A stretch of 43,287 nt of DNA from Mageeibacillus sp. UBA1255 (GTDB taxonomy: Bacteria; Bacillota; Clostridia; UBA1212; UBA1255): the NCBI GenBank assembly GCA_002308795.1, contig DBVV01000072.1, positions 818 to 44,104 on the forward strand, given 5' to 3'. A model generated the notes under the pieces. That model saw nothing but the letters and a program-made list of their open reading frames with translations. It was not told where the DNA came from and did not search any database. Position numbers and translations under genes: made by a program. Below, one piece after another: positions 26,194-35,639 of the stretch (the stretch's first letter is position 1; each line of letters opens with the position of its first letter).

Positions 26194-27248
26194 AAAAAAT
26201 ACACGTAAACGTTTCCGCCGGCTACGACGTGATCATCGGCGAAGATCTTTTAAAAGACGCAGGGCAGTATGTAAAAGAGCTTGGCGGGGCCGGAAAAGTA
26301 TTGCTCGTATCGGACGACACAGTATTCGGACTTTATGGAGATATTGTCACCGCGAGCATTGAAAACGCCGGAATCGCTGTCAACGCATTCGTATTCCCGC
26401 ACGGCGAAGGCTCCAAAAATATTGAAACTTATTCGCGCCTGCTCGAAAAGGCGCTATCGGACAATATCAAAAGAAACGACATTTTCGTTGCCCTCGGCGG
26501 AGGTGTAACGGGCGATATCACGGGCTTTGCGGCGGCAACGTTTAAGCGCGGTGTGAGGTTCGTGCAGCTGCCGACGACGCTGCTCGCTGCCGTTGACGCC
26601 TCGGTAGGCGGAAAGACTGCGATCGACCTTCCCGGCGGTAAAAATCAGGTCGGGGCGTTCCACCAGCCTTCGCTCGTGCTGTGCGATACTCTGACTCTCG
26701 CTACGCTTCCTGACGAACAGTACCGCTCCGGAATGGCAGAGGCAATAAAGACCGCAATGATAGCGGACGAAGCGCTTTTTTCAAAGCTCGAGAATTCCGG
26801 ATTCAGGCAGAACGCCGAAGAACTTATCGCCTCATGCGTAGATATAAAACGCAGATTCGTCGAAGCGGATGAGCGCGACACAGGGGCGAGAATGATGCTG
26901 AATTTCGGCCACACGTTCGCACACGCTATCGAAGCCGCATCAGGATATAACGTACTGCACGGCTTTGCAGTGGCTGCCGGGATGGCGGTAATAACGAGAA
27001 GTGCGTGCAACAGGGGATATTGCGGCGATGACGTTCCCGCAAGGCTCGAGCGCGTGCTTTCGGCAAACGGACTGCCGATCGATACTGAGTATTCGGGTGA
27101 CGTGCTGCTGCCGTACATTTACGGTGATAAAAAGGCCGAGACTGACCGCATCAATATAGTGCTCCCGAGAGGGATCGGTGAGTGTGAGATCAGAAAATTC
27201 GGGCTCGAAGAGATCGAAGAACTGATGCCGGACGGAGGAATACGATGA
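26190..27248 (+). CDS. aroB: 3-dehydroquinate synthase
   Basis: GGGVTGDITGFAAATFKRGVRFVQLPTTLLA and DASVGGKT motifs. ATGA overlap with tyrA. Confidence 0.9.
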   Translation: MKKIHVNVSAGYDVIIGEDLLKDAGQYVKELGGAGKVLLVSDDTVFGLYGDIVTASIENAGIAVNAFVFPHGEGSKNIETYSRLLEKALSDNIKRNDIFVALGGGVTGDITGFAAATFKRGVRFVQLPTTLLAAVDASVGGKTAIDLPGGKNQVGAFHQPSLVLCDTLTLATLPDEQYRSGMAEAIKTAMIADEALFSKLENSGFRQNAEELIASCVDIKRRFVEADERDTGARMMLNFGHTFAHAIEAASGYNVLHGFAVAAGMAVITRSACNRGYCGDDVPARLERVLSANGLPIDTEYSGDVLLPYIYGDKKAETDRINIVLPRGIGECEIRKFGLEEIEELMPDGGIR

Positions 27249-28612
27249 ACAAAAAACCGTCTGAAAACGGAATATCGTTCGCAGAAGACGGAAGATCCGT
27301 GACGGTCATGCCCGGATCGCGTTCCGGCACAGCATACGTGCCTTCGTCGAAATCAGTTGCCCACCGCATGCTCATATGCGCGGCACTGTCGGGCAGCAGG
27401 ACGGAGATCACGATACGCGAAAAGTCGAAAGACATTGACGCCACCGTATCCTGCTTAAAAGCGCTCGGTGCAGTAATAACCGAGAGCACTGAAGGAAACG
27501 ATACGCACTTCGTTATTGATCCTATCGGGCGAGGCGGTCAATGCAACAGTGAGCAGGTAAGCCTTAACGTGGGCGAGAGCGGGTCGACTTTAAGATTCCT
27601 TGTCCCAGTCGTGTGCGCGCTCGGAAAAATGGCCGTGTTCACGATGGAAGGCAGGCTTCCTGAAAGACCGATGGACGCTCTACTGGACGCGCTTTCAGGC
27701 GGCGGAGGAACGTTTTCGAGATGCGGCAATGAATTGTTTGTCAGCGGCAGGCTGCGCTCCGGATCATATTCGCTTCCCGGCAATATTTCGTCTCAGTTCA
27801 TCACCGGCATGCTGCTTGCGCTGCCTCTTCTGGAAGGCGTCAGCACGCTTACGATCGAAGGCAAAACAGAGTCGCAGGATTACATAAAACTTACTGAAGA
27901 CGCGCTTAGAAAATCCGGTATCGAATTCAGCTTTGCTGGCGGACAATACACGGTCCCCGGATGTCAGCGCTATTCACTTTCGGGCGGGCATTTTATTGAG
28001 GGCGACTGGTCCGGCGCTGCTTTCCTGCTTTGTGAGGGCGGGGCGTCCGTAAACGGCATCACGGTCTGCGGCCTCAGAGCGGATTCGGCGCAGGGTGATA
28101 AGAGAATTATTGACGTCCTTCGTGCTTTCGGAGCCTCGGTGGAACAGACGGATGACAGTGTGACGGTACGCAAAAAAACACTTCGCGGCATTGACGCAGA
28201 CGCATCCGGAATACCCGACCTTGTCCCTGCCATAGCCGCGCTCGCAGCCGTTTCGGAAGGCATCACACGCATCACCGGCGCCGCGAGACTCAGGCTTAAA
28301 GAATCCGACAGGCTCATTTCGACGGCGTCAATGATAAAATCGATCGGGGGAGAGGCGTTCACACAGCCTGACGGGCTCGTGATAGCAGGCAGAAGCGCAC
28401 TTTCGGGCGGATCCGTCGATTCGTTCGGCGACCACCGGATCGCGATGGCTGCGGCAATATCCGCCGCTCGTGCAAAAGGTCCTGTCGTAATATCCGATCC
28501 GTGCTGCGTCTCTAAATCTTTCCCGGATTTCTGGGACGTACTTAAAAACGATATCACGCTCGAGCGCGGGACAGGCTGCGGGTGCCTGAAGGAGGCCGGA
28601 GAAAATGAATAA
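27245..28612 (+). CDS. aroA: 3-phosphoshikimate 1-carboxyvinyltransferase (EPSP synthase)
   Basis: PSSKSVAHRMLICAAL N-terminal motif, GESGSTLRF loop and DHRIAMAAAI near the C-terminus. ATGA overlap with aroB. Confidence 0.9.
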   Translation: MNKKPSENGISFAEDGRSVTVMPGSRSGTAYVPSSKSVAHRMLICAALSGSRTEITIREKSKDIDATVSCLKALGAVITESTEGNDTHFVIDPIGRGGQCNSEQVSLNVGESGSTLRFLVPVVCALGKMAVFTMEGRLPERPMDALLDALSGGGGTFSRCGNELFVSGRLRSGSYSLPGNISSQFITGMLLALPLLEGVSTLTIEGKTESQDYIKLTEDALRKSGIEFSFAGGQYTVPGCQRYSLSGGHFIEGDWSGAAFLLCEGGASVNGITVCGLRADSAQGDKRIIDVLRAFGASVEQTDDSVTVRKKTLRGIDADASGIPDLVPAIAALAAVSEGITRITGAARLRLKESDRLISTASMIKSIGGEAFTQPDGLVIAGRSALSGGSVDSFGDHRIAMAAAISAARAKGPVVISDPCCVSKSFPDFWDVLKNDITLERGTGCGCLKEAGENE

Positions 28613-29675
28613 TACTTACGGAGAAAATATAAAATTGACGATATTCGGCCAGTCGCATTCAGAAGCGATAGGAATGACGCTCGAAGGCATACCCGCCGGA
28701 CTGGATATTGACGAAACCGAACTTATGCGTTTTATGGAACGCAGGGCGCCCGGAAGAAACAGCTATTCCACGCCGCGCTTCGAGGCAGACAGACCGGAAT
28801 TTCTGAGTGGCATTAAAGACGGAAAAACGTGCGGAGGTCCCATTTCAGCAATCATTCGCAACACAAACACGAGGCCTTCGGATTACGCTAAATTAAAGAA
28901 TGTTCCGAGACCAGGCCACGCTGACTACACCGCGTTCGTTAAATACGGCGGAAAAGCAGATATGTCAGGCGGAGGACAGTTCTCGGGCAGGCTGACTGCC
29001 CCCATGTGCATCGCAGGAGGGATCTGCAAACAGCTTCTGGAAGCGAAGCACATAAGTATCATCTCGCGCATCTGTTCCATCGGCGTCGTTGAAGACGAAG
29101 GCGAACTTTCGGAAGATATCTCCGAAAAAGCATTCCCGACGGTAAGCGATACGGCGGGTCAGATGATGCAGGAAGCGATACTCAAAGCGAAGGCGGAAGG
29201 GGATTCGCTCGGCGGAGTAATAGAATGTACCGTGCTGGGACTCGGAGCAGGGATCGGCGGGCCGCTGTTCGGCGGGATGGAGAGCCGCATATCCTCGATC
29301 GTTTTCGGGATACCGGCGGTCAAGGGAATCGAATTCGGCGCGGGATTCGGTGCTTCGAAGCTCAGGGGCAGCGAGAACAACGACGCATTCTACTATGACA
29401 ACGGCATTGTCCGAACGCGTACGAACAATGCGGGCGGAATACTGGGCGGTATCACAGACGGAATGCCGCTTACGTTCCGCGCAGCATTCAAACCCACGCC
29501 GTCGATAGCGAAGGAGCAGGAAAGCATTGACCTCGAAACACGCACGGGAGCGACGCTGAAAATAGAAGGCAGACACGATCCGTGTATTGTCCCGAGAGCA
29601 CTGGCGTGTGTGGAAGCGGCAGCGGCGATAGCTGTGTACGACGCGCTCGCAGGAGAGGCAAACGACAGGAAATAA
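28605..29675 (+). CDS. aroC: Chorismate synthase
   Basis: FGQSHSEAIG, RPGHADYT and GRHDPCIVPRA signature motifs. 8-nt overlap with aroA. Confidence 0.9.
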   Translation: MNNTYGENIKLTIFGQSHSEAIGMTLEGIPAGLDIDETELMRFMERRAPGRNSYSTPRFEADRPEFLSGIKDGKTCGGPISAIIRNTNTRPSDYAKLKNVPRPGHADYTAFVKYGGKADMSGGGQFSGRLTAPMCIAGGICKQLLEAKHISIISRICSIGVVEDEGELSEDISEKAFPTVSDTAGQMMQEAILKAKAEGDSLGGVIECTVLGLGAGIGGPLFGGMESRISSIVFGIPAVKGIEFGAGFGASKLRGSENNDAFYYDNGIVRTRTNNAGGILGGITDGMPLTFRAAFKPTPSIAKEQESIDLETRTGATLKIEGRHDPCIVPRALACVEAAAAIAVYDALAGEANDRK

Positions 29676-29696
29676 GACCGGAAGGAACGACTCTAA

Positions 29697-30863
29697 ATGG
29701 ATGTTTTGAAAGAAAAAAAGCCGGATATGACCGAATATAGAAAACAGATCGACGAAGTTGACGGCGAGCTCCTCAAACTGTTCGAAAAGCGCATGGAGAT
29801 CGTTAAAAACATCGGCGAATACAAGCGCGAGCACGGGCTCGGAGTTTTTGACGCAAAACGCGAACAGGATAAACTTGCCCGCGCGGTGGAAGGCGTTCCG
29901 GAAGAGCTTAAAGGTCAGTCAGTGCTGCTTTTAAGGCTCATGTTCGAGCTCAGCCGCTCATATCAGCAGAACATTATGGGTCTGTCCGGCGATCTTTGCA
30001 AAAAGATAAGTGGCGCAATAAACGGGAGCGAGAAGTTTTTGCCTGAATTTGCGCCTGTCGCGTGCCAGGGAGTTGAAGGTACCAACTCTCAGTACGCCTG
30101 CCTGAAACTGTTCAAAAACCCGAATATAATGTATTTTTCAAGCTTCGAATCGGTGTTCGGCGCGATCGAAAAAGGGCTCTGCAAATACGGCATTGTCCCG
30201 GTAGAAAACAGCTTCGCCGGAACAGTGAACACGGTGTACGACCTTATGATGAACCATAAGTTTTATATTGTCCGCAGCGCCAGAATGAAGATCTCGCACA
30301 GCCTGCTAGCAAGGCCCGGGACGCGGCTGGAAGATATAAAAGAGGTTTACTCGCATCCTCAGGCGCTGATGCAGTGTTCGGACTTTTTGAATTCGCTCTC
30401 GGGCGTAAGGCAGATCCCGTACGAAAACACGGCGCTCGCGGCGAAACTCGTATCGGAGAGCGGGAGGAACGATATCGCGGCGCTGTCGAATCCGGAATGT
30501 GCGAGATATTACGGGCTCGAATGCTTAAAACAGGCCGCAGAGAACAAGGACAATAACTATACCCGTTTCGTGTGTATTACGCGCCATCTCGAGATCCTTC
30601 CCGGTGCGAACCGCACGAGCCTTATGGTAACGCTTCCTCACGAACAGGGGAGCCTTTACAAACTGCTGTCGAGGTTCTACGCGCTCGGGATCAATCTCCT
30701 GAAACTTGAGAGCCGCCCTATACCTGAACGCGAGTTTGAATTTATGTTCTATTTCGACCTCGACGTTTCGGTGTACGCGCCGGAATTCCTGAAACTGATA
30801 GCCGAATTGCCCTCCGCGTGCGAAAGCTTTACGTACCTGGGCAGCTACAGCGAGGTGGTCTGA
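29697..30863 (+). CDS. pheA: Bifunctional chorismate mutase / prephenate dehydratase (P-protein) with ACT domain
   Basis: AroQ-class CM helix region (YRKQIDEVDGELLKLFEKRMEI), PDT core (GIVPVENSFAGTV, YSHPQAL) and a C-terminal ACT domain (TSLMVTLPHEQGSLYKLL...ESRP). Confidence 0.9.
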   Translation: MDVLKEKKPDMTEYRKQIDEVDGELLKLFEKRMEIVKNIGEYKREHGLGVFDAKREQDKLARAVEGVPEELKGQSVLLLRLMFELSRSYQQNIMGLSGDLCKKISGAINGSEKFLPEFAPVACQGVEGTNSQYACLKLFKNPNIMYFSSFESVFGAIEKGLCKYGIVPVENSFAGTVNTVYDLMMNHKFYIVRSARMKISHSLLARPGTRLEDIKEVYSHPQALMQCSDFLNSLSGVRQIPYENTALAAKLVSESGRNDIAALSNPECARYYGLECLKQAAENKDNNYTRFVCITRHLEILPGANRTSLMVTLPHEQGSLYKLLSRFYALGINLLKLESRPIPEREFEFMFYFDLDVSVYAPEFLKLIAELPSACESFTYLGSYSEVV

Positions 30864-30864
30864 T

Positions 30865-32127
30865 ATGAAACTGAGATGCGGACTGATAGGCGGAAGACTT
30901 GTCCACAGCTACTCGCCCCAGATACACGCCGAACTGGGCGACTACGACTATAAACTGTTCGAACTGAAAGAGAATGAAGTCGGGCCGTTCCTTAAGAGGG
31001 GAGAATTCGACGGACTTAACGTCACTATTCCGTACAAAAAAACGGTACTGCCTTTTATCGACGAGCTTTCGGACAATGCCGCAAGGCTCGGTTCGGTGAA
31101 CACCATAGTAAGGCGCGAGGACGGTACGCTTTTCGGTGACAATACAGATATTTTCGGCACCCGCAAGCTGATCGGTCTTTCAGGGCTCGATATTTCCGGA
31201 AAAAAGGTGATCGTGCTCGGTTCGGGAGGCACCGGCGTGACGTTTATGCAGGCCGTGCGCGATCTGGGCGGGACCGCCGTCAATATCAGCAGAAGTGGGG
31301 AGAACAATTACGGCAATATCGCGAAACATATTGACGCCGTGATGGTGATGAACGCGACGCCTGTGGGGATGTACCCGGATACCGGAAAATCTCCACTTGA
31401 CCTCAGCGCGCTTCCCAATGTAAAATGCGTGCTTGACGCGATCTATAATCCGCAAAAGACCGCGTTGCTGATGCAGGCCGAAAAACTCGGTATGAAGGCG
31501 CTGAATGGTCTTTACATGCTCGTCATGCAGGCAGTTAAGTCTTCGGAACTCTTTACGGGCAATGCGATACCGGAAGAAACGGCCGAAGCGGTATATGAGA
31601 GGATCGCGGCGAAGATGTACACGAGCGAGACAGGCAGCTGGGCGGCTCCCAGCCCGGAGGACAGACTTAAATTACTGGTGATCAACGGACCGAATATCAA
31701 TATGCTCGGCATACGCGAGCCCGATATTTACGGTAAGAACGATTACAAGGCGCTGCTCGGATTTGTTTCGAAAAGCGCGGAAGAAGCGGGGATCTGCGTC
31801 ACGTGCTTCCAGTCGAACCACGAAGGCGCGATAGTTGACGAGATACAGAACGCACTGGGAAAATTCGACGGCATCGTGATCAACCCGGCGGCGTACACCC
31901 ACACCAGCGTGGCGATACTTGACGCTTTGAAAGCGGTCAATATCCCGGCGGTCGAGGTACATATTTCCGACGTATCATCGCGCGAACCGTTCAGGCAGAT
32001 TTCGTACGCAGGAATGGCATGCGTAAAGACGTACACGGGACTCGGCTTCGAAGGATACAGACAGGCGATCCTGTTCCTGAAACAGTATTTAGAAGAAAAA
32101 CACACATATAGCAAACGAAATTCATAA
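30865..32127 (+). CDS. Fusion protein: shikimate dehydrogenase (N-terminal) + type II 3-dehydroquinate dehydratase (C-terminal)
   Basis: The AroE part has HSYSPQIH, NVTIPYKK, NTD and GSGGTG motifs. The AroQ part has LLVINGPNINMLGIREPDIYG, QSNHEG, INPAAYTHTS and EVHISD motifs. It is a single uninterrupted 420-codon frame. Confidence 0.85.
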   Translation: MKLRCGLIGGRLVHSYSPQIHAELGDYDYKLFELKENEVGPFLKRGEFDGLNVTIPYKKTVLPFIDELSDNAARLGSVNTIVRREDGTLFGDNTDIFGTRKLIGLSGLDISGKKVIVLGSGGTGVTFMQAVRDLGGTAVNISRSGENNYGNIAKHIDAVMVMNATPVGMYPDTGKSPLDLSALPNVKCVLDAIYNPQKTALLMQAEKLGMKALNGLYMLVMQAVKSSELFTGNAIPEETAEAVYERIAAKMYTSETGSWAAPSPEDRLKLLVINGPNINMLGIREPDIYGKNDYKALLGFVSKSAEEAGICVTCFQSNHEGAIVDEIQNALGKFDGIVINPAAYTHTSVAILDALKAVNIPAVEVHISDVSSREPFRQISYAGMACVKTYTGLGFEGYRQAILFLKQYLEEKHTYSKRNS

Positions 32128-32156
32128 CCGAAACGAAGAAAGGAAGGATGGTTGTT

Positions 32157-33524
32157 ATGAACGAAATTCCCTACAAAACCTACTTAAACGAAAATGAGAT
32201 CCCGACAGCCTGGTTCAATATCAGATCGGCTATGGTCAATAAACCCGCGCCTCTGCTTAACCCCGGCACACACCAGCCTATGAAGGCGGAAGAACTTGCC
32301 CCCGTGTTCTGTGAAGAACTGATCGCGCAGGAGCTTGACAACGACACCGAGTATTTCCAGATCCCCGACGAAGTGCTTAGTTTCTACAGAATGTACCGTC
32401 CGTCGCCGCTGGTAAGAGCTTATTTCCTTGAAAAAGCGCTCGGTACTCCGGCCCATATCTACTACAAGTTCGAGGGCAATAACACGAGCGGTTCGCATAA
32501 GCTGAACTCTGCTATTGCACAGGCGTATTACGCCAAGAAACAGGGCCTCAAGGGCGTTACGACCGAGACCGGCGCCGGCCAGTGGGGCACAGCGCTGTCA
32601 ATGGCCTGCTCGTATTTCGGCCTTGACTGCAAAGTGTTCATGGTTAAAGTTTCATACGAGCAGAAGCCGTTCAGGCGCGAAGTTATGCGCACGTACGGCG
32701 CGGACGTAACTCCTTCACCTTCGATGTCAACGAACGTCGGCCGCAAGATCCTCGAGGAATTCCCTGGAACTACCGGAAGCCTCGGCTGCGCGATCTCGGA
32801 AGCCGTAGAAGTCGCCGTCGGTACGCCCGGATACAGATACGTGCTCGGCAGCGTGCTTAACCAGGTGCTCCTTCACCAGAGCGTGATCGGCCTTGAGACC
32901 GAAGCGGCGCTTAATAAGATAGGCGTGAAGCCCGACATTATCATCGGCTGCGCAGGCGGCGGATCGAACCTCGGCGGACTTATTGCCCCGTTCATGCGCG
33001 ATAAGATCAAGGGCAAACTTGACGCACGCATCATCGCCGTCGAACCTATGTCCTGCCCGAGCTTTACGAGAGGCGTATACGCATACGATTTCTGTGATAC
33101 CGGTATGGTATGCCCGCTCGCGAAGATGTACACGCTCGGTTCGAGCTTCATCCCCGCACCGAACCACGCCGGCGGACTTCGCTACCACGGCATGAGCTCA
33201 ACGCTTTCACAGCTGTACGCTGACGGTTACATGGAAGCCGTTTCCGTGCCTCAGACCGAAGTGTTCAAGGCTGCCGAGCTGTTTGCGAGAGTTGAAGGCA
33301 CGCTTCCCGCTCCGGAGAGCTCTCACGCGATCAAGGTCGCTATCGACGAGGCGCTCAAGTGCAAAGAGACGGGAGAGGCGAAGAACATCGTGTTCGGCCT
33401 TACCGGAACAGGTTATTTCGACCTTGTGGCATACCAGAAATTCCACGACGGTGTTATGGACGATTATTGCCCGACCGACGAAGACCTCGCTGTTTCTTTG
33501 GCGAAACTTCCGAAGATCGACTGA
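32157..33524 (+). CDS. TrpB2-type tryptophan synthase beta-like PLP enzyme
   Basis: Long-form TrpB (~455 aa) with an N-terminal IPTAWFNI motif, the SGSHKLNSA lysine region and GCAGGGSN. ATG 32157 is preferred over 32148 because of SD spacing (AAGGAAGG). Confidence 0.85.
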   Translation: MNEIPYKTYLNENEIPTAWFNIRSAMVNKPAPLLNPGTHQPMKAEELAPVFCEELIAQELDNDTEYFQIPDEVLSFYRMYRPSPLVRAYFLEKALGTPAHIYYKFEGNNTSGSHKLNSAIAQAYYAKKQGLKGVTTETGAGQWGTALSMACSYFGLDCKVFMVKVSYEQKPFRREVMRTYGADVTPSPSMSTNVGRKILEEFPGTTGSLGCAISEAVEVAVGTPGYRYVLGSVLNQVLLHQSVIGLETEAALNKIGVKPDIIIGCAGGGSNLGGLIAPFMRDKIKGKLDARIIAVEPMSCPSFTRGVYAYDFCDTGMVCPLAKMYTLGSSFIPAPNHAGGLRYHGMSSTLSQLYADGYMEAVSVPQTEVFKAAELFARVEGTLPAPESSHAIKVAIDEALKCKETGEAKNIVFGLTGTGYFDLVAYQKFHDGVMDDYCPTDEDLAVSLAKLPKID

Positions 33525-33560
33525 TATAGTCCGATCTGACGAATTGAACTAAATAAGTTA

Positions 33561-33616
33561 AAGCCGGATAGTCTGAACGCTTTGCGACAGGGCCGTCCGG
33601 CTTGCTTTTTATTTTA
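33561..33616. terminator. Terminator hairpin between convergent trpB2 and peptidase genes
   Basis: AAGCCGGA (33561..33568) pairs with TCCGGCTT (33596..33603), followed by GCTTTTTATTTT. Confidence 0.6.
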
Positions 33617-33649
33617 AATAGTGCCGCAGGTAGGCGGTAGGAAAATATC

Positions 33650-34651
33650 TTATTCTCCGGCGAGCTCGCGTATGGACACGAGTTTGTTCCCGTCTCTTCC
33701 CGTGACCGTTTCCGCTTCAAGCATCGAGCGGACGATTGCCTCTTCAACTGTCTCTACAGCGGCCCTGAGCAGGGGATTCAGCACAGAATCGCTCAGGATC
33801 TCCGGGTGCCGGATCTGTTCCGACATGAGCAGTCTGTTTGCGGTTGTGAATGCGACAACGATCTCGCCGCTGCCTCCGCTCGTGTATCCGCCTGTGCGGG
33901 CAAGGCCGCTCTGTGCTCTCCTCGCGATCCTCGCAAGCTGCCTCGACGACACAGGCGCGTCGGTGGCAATTACCATTATGCACGATCCTTTCGGGTCTTC
34001 TTCTTCGCCGGAAAGGCGCCTGCCTATATGGTCGCCGCAGATCACGAGGTCGGACAATGATCCGAAGTTTGTCAGCACCAGCGCTCCTAAAGTGAATTGA
34101 CGCTCCGCGATCTCAAATATGCGCGAAGCGGAACCGATGCCGCCTTTAAGTCCGTAGCAGATCATTCCGCGCCCCGCGCCTACTGACCCGAGTTCGAAAT
34201 CCTCCTTTGCCGCCGCTATTGCCTCGAACACGTGCTCTTTCTTTACGTGAAGGCCCCTGATGTCGTTAAGGAACGAATCGTTGCACTCGAGAATCACCGG
34301 ATTAACGGATCCTTCGCCCCTGCAGATACCTTCATTCTTTTCGAGCATATACTCAACGCAAGCCGTAAACGCCTCGCCGGCGCTCAGCGTGTTCGTCAAT
34401 ATCAGCGGCGTCTCTATGCTTCCGAGCTCGTTTATCTGGACAAGGCCGGTGCTTTTACCGTAGCCGTTGATCACGTGCGATGCGGCAATGCATTTTTCGT
34501 GATATATGTCTCCCGCGTGCGGCAATATCGCCGTGACACCGGTCTGGACGTTGCCCTCCGATAGCGTGCAGTGGCCGACAAGCACTCCGGGAACGTCTGT
34601 AATCAGGTTTCTCCGGCCTTTTTCCATTGTCCCGAATCTGTATTCTTTCAT
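33650..34651 (-). CDS. DmpA/BapA-type (S58, P1 family) aminopeptidase
   Basis: NLITDVPGVLVGHCT and GVTAILP N-terminal motifs, plus a GxGS/T self-cleavage-type region. The start is taken at the internal ATG 34651. Confidence 0.8.
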   Translation of the reverse strand: MKEYRFGTMEKGRRNLITDVPGVLVGHCTLSEGNVQTGVTAILPHAGDIYHEKCIAASHVINGYGKSTGLVQINELGSIETPLILTNTLSAGEAFTACVEYMLEKNEGICRGEGSVNPVILECNDSFLNDIRGLHVKKEHVFEAIAAAKEDFELGSVGAGRGMICYGLKGGIGSASRIFEIAERQFTLGALVLTNFGSLSDLVICGDHIGRRLSGEEEDPKGSCIMVIATDAPVSSRQLARIARRAQSGLARTGGYTSGGSGEIVVAFTTANRLLMSEQIRHPEILSDSVLNPLLRAAVETVEEAIVRSMLEAETVTGRDGNKLVSIRELAGE

Positions 34652-34786
34652 ATCTTTAACGTCCTTCTTATATGTTGTTTTTCGGGAGAGGATTATATCA
34701 CAAACTGTGAGATAATTAAACATAAATTAAATGCGGGGCGGCTGAAAATCAGATGAAAATCGGGCTGAAACAGGTAAAAAAAGTCC

Positions 34787-34816
34787 TTGACGCACTAAGT
34801 AGCTATGATGTATAAT
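34787..34816 (+). promoter_or_regulatory. Promoter of the rplU-prp-rpmA operon
   Basis: TTGACG (34787..34792), 18-nt spacer ending in TG, TATAAT (34811..34816). Confidence 0.7.
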
Positions 34817-34822
34817 AACCTG

Positions 34823-34960
34823 GTGCCGCTCTTACGGGGCTCCTAAAACGCTCCCGACGGACAGCTGCAAAACAGCGCTCCGGAAGGGAACTGCCCGCGG
34901 AATGCGGTCGCGCACGGACCGCAGCATAGGCGAGATTTTAAATGGAGGTGCAATCAGGGG
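34823..34960 (+). ncRNA. Structured 5' leader, probably the ribosomal protein L21 leader of low-GC Gram-positives
   Basis: A ~140-nt GC-rich untranslated leader lies between the promoter and rplU. It has clear helices, for example GCGGTC (34904..34909) pairing with GACCGC (34917..34922). The position matches the known L21 leader, but I did not verify it against the covariance model. Confidence 0.4.
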
Positions 34961-35272
34961 ATGTATGCAATCATAGCTACAGGCGGAAAGCAGTACAAGG
35001 TCGAAGAAGGCGATTTCGTATTCGTCGAGAAGATCGAGGGCGAAGTTGACGAAGTGGTCACACTTGATAAGGTACTCGCATTGTCAACAGGCGATGAAGT
35101 GAAATTCGGAACTCCTTACGTTGAAGGAGCGACGGTCGAAGCTAAGATCGTTAAGCATGGTAAAGGCGATAAGATCCGCATTATCAAGCATAAAGCTAAA
35201 AAAGGCTACAGGAAAAGACAGGGTCACAGACAGCCGTTCACTCAGCTGTCAGTTGAGAAAATAAACGCGTGA
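34961..35272 (+). CDS. rplU: 50S ribosomal protein L21
   Basis: [18 protein letters not shown]... is the canonical L21 N-terminus. 103 aa with a GGAGG SD. Confidence 0.95.
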   Translation: MYAIIATGGKQYKVEEGDFVFVEKIEGEVDEVVTLDKVLALSTGDEVKFGTPYVEGATVEAKIVKHGKGDKIRIIKHKAKKGYRKRQGHRQPFTQLSVEKINA

Positions 35273-35279
35273 CGGTCAG

Positions 35280-35639
35280 ATGATAAATATCAAAGTAAGC
35301 CGGTCTGAAGACGGAAGCCTGCGGGGATTTACCGTAAAAGGACATTCCGGATATGCCGAGGCGGGGAGCGACATTATTTGTGCGGCAGTGAGCGCCCTGT
35401 GTTATACGGCGGCAGGATATTTTGAATCGGCGAAGCCTGAAGGAATAAAATACGGCTACGAAGAGAAAGACGGCTATATGATGCTGGATCTTTCGGAAGT
35501 ACCGGAGGGAAAGCTCAAAGTCAGAGCGAAGGCGGTAATGGACGCCTGGCTCATCGGAGTTAAACAGATAAGATATTCCTACGGCGGAAAATACATCAGG
35601 ATCATTGACACAAAAACCGGAGGTAAAGGTTATGCTTAG
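35280..35639 (+). CDS. prp: Ribosomal-processing cysteine protease Prp
   Basis: [20 protein letters not shown] carries the conserved His/Cys pair. It sits in the canonical position between rplU and rpmA. Confidence 0.85.
   Translation: MINIKVSRSEDGSLRGFTVKGHSGYAEAGSDIICAAVSALCYTAAGYFESAKPEGIKYGYEEKDGYMMLDLSEVPEGKLKVRAKAVMDAWLIGVKQIRYSYGGKYIRIIDTKTGGKGYA

Noticed and set aside
28965-29834. 289-aa ORF on the minus strand, antisense to aroC/pheA
   Set aside because: It lies entirely within well-supported, motif-rich sense genes. The translation is Arg/Cys/Phe-rich low complexity with no recognisable motif or SD. This is typical of a shadow ORF in ~50% GC coding DNA.
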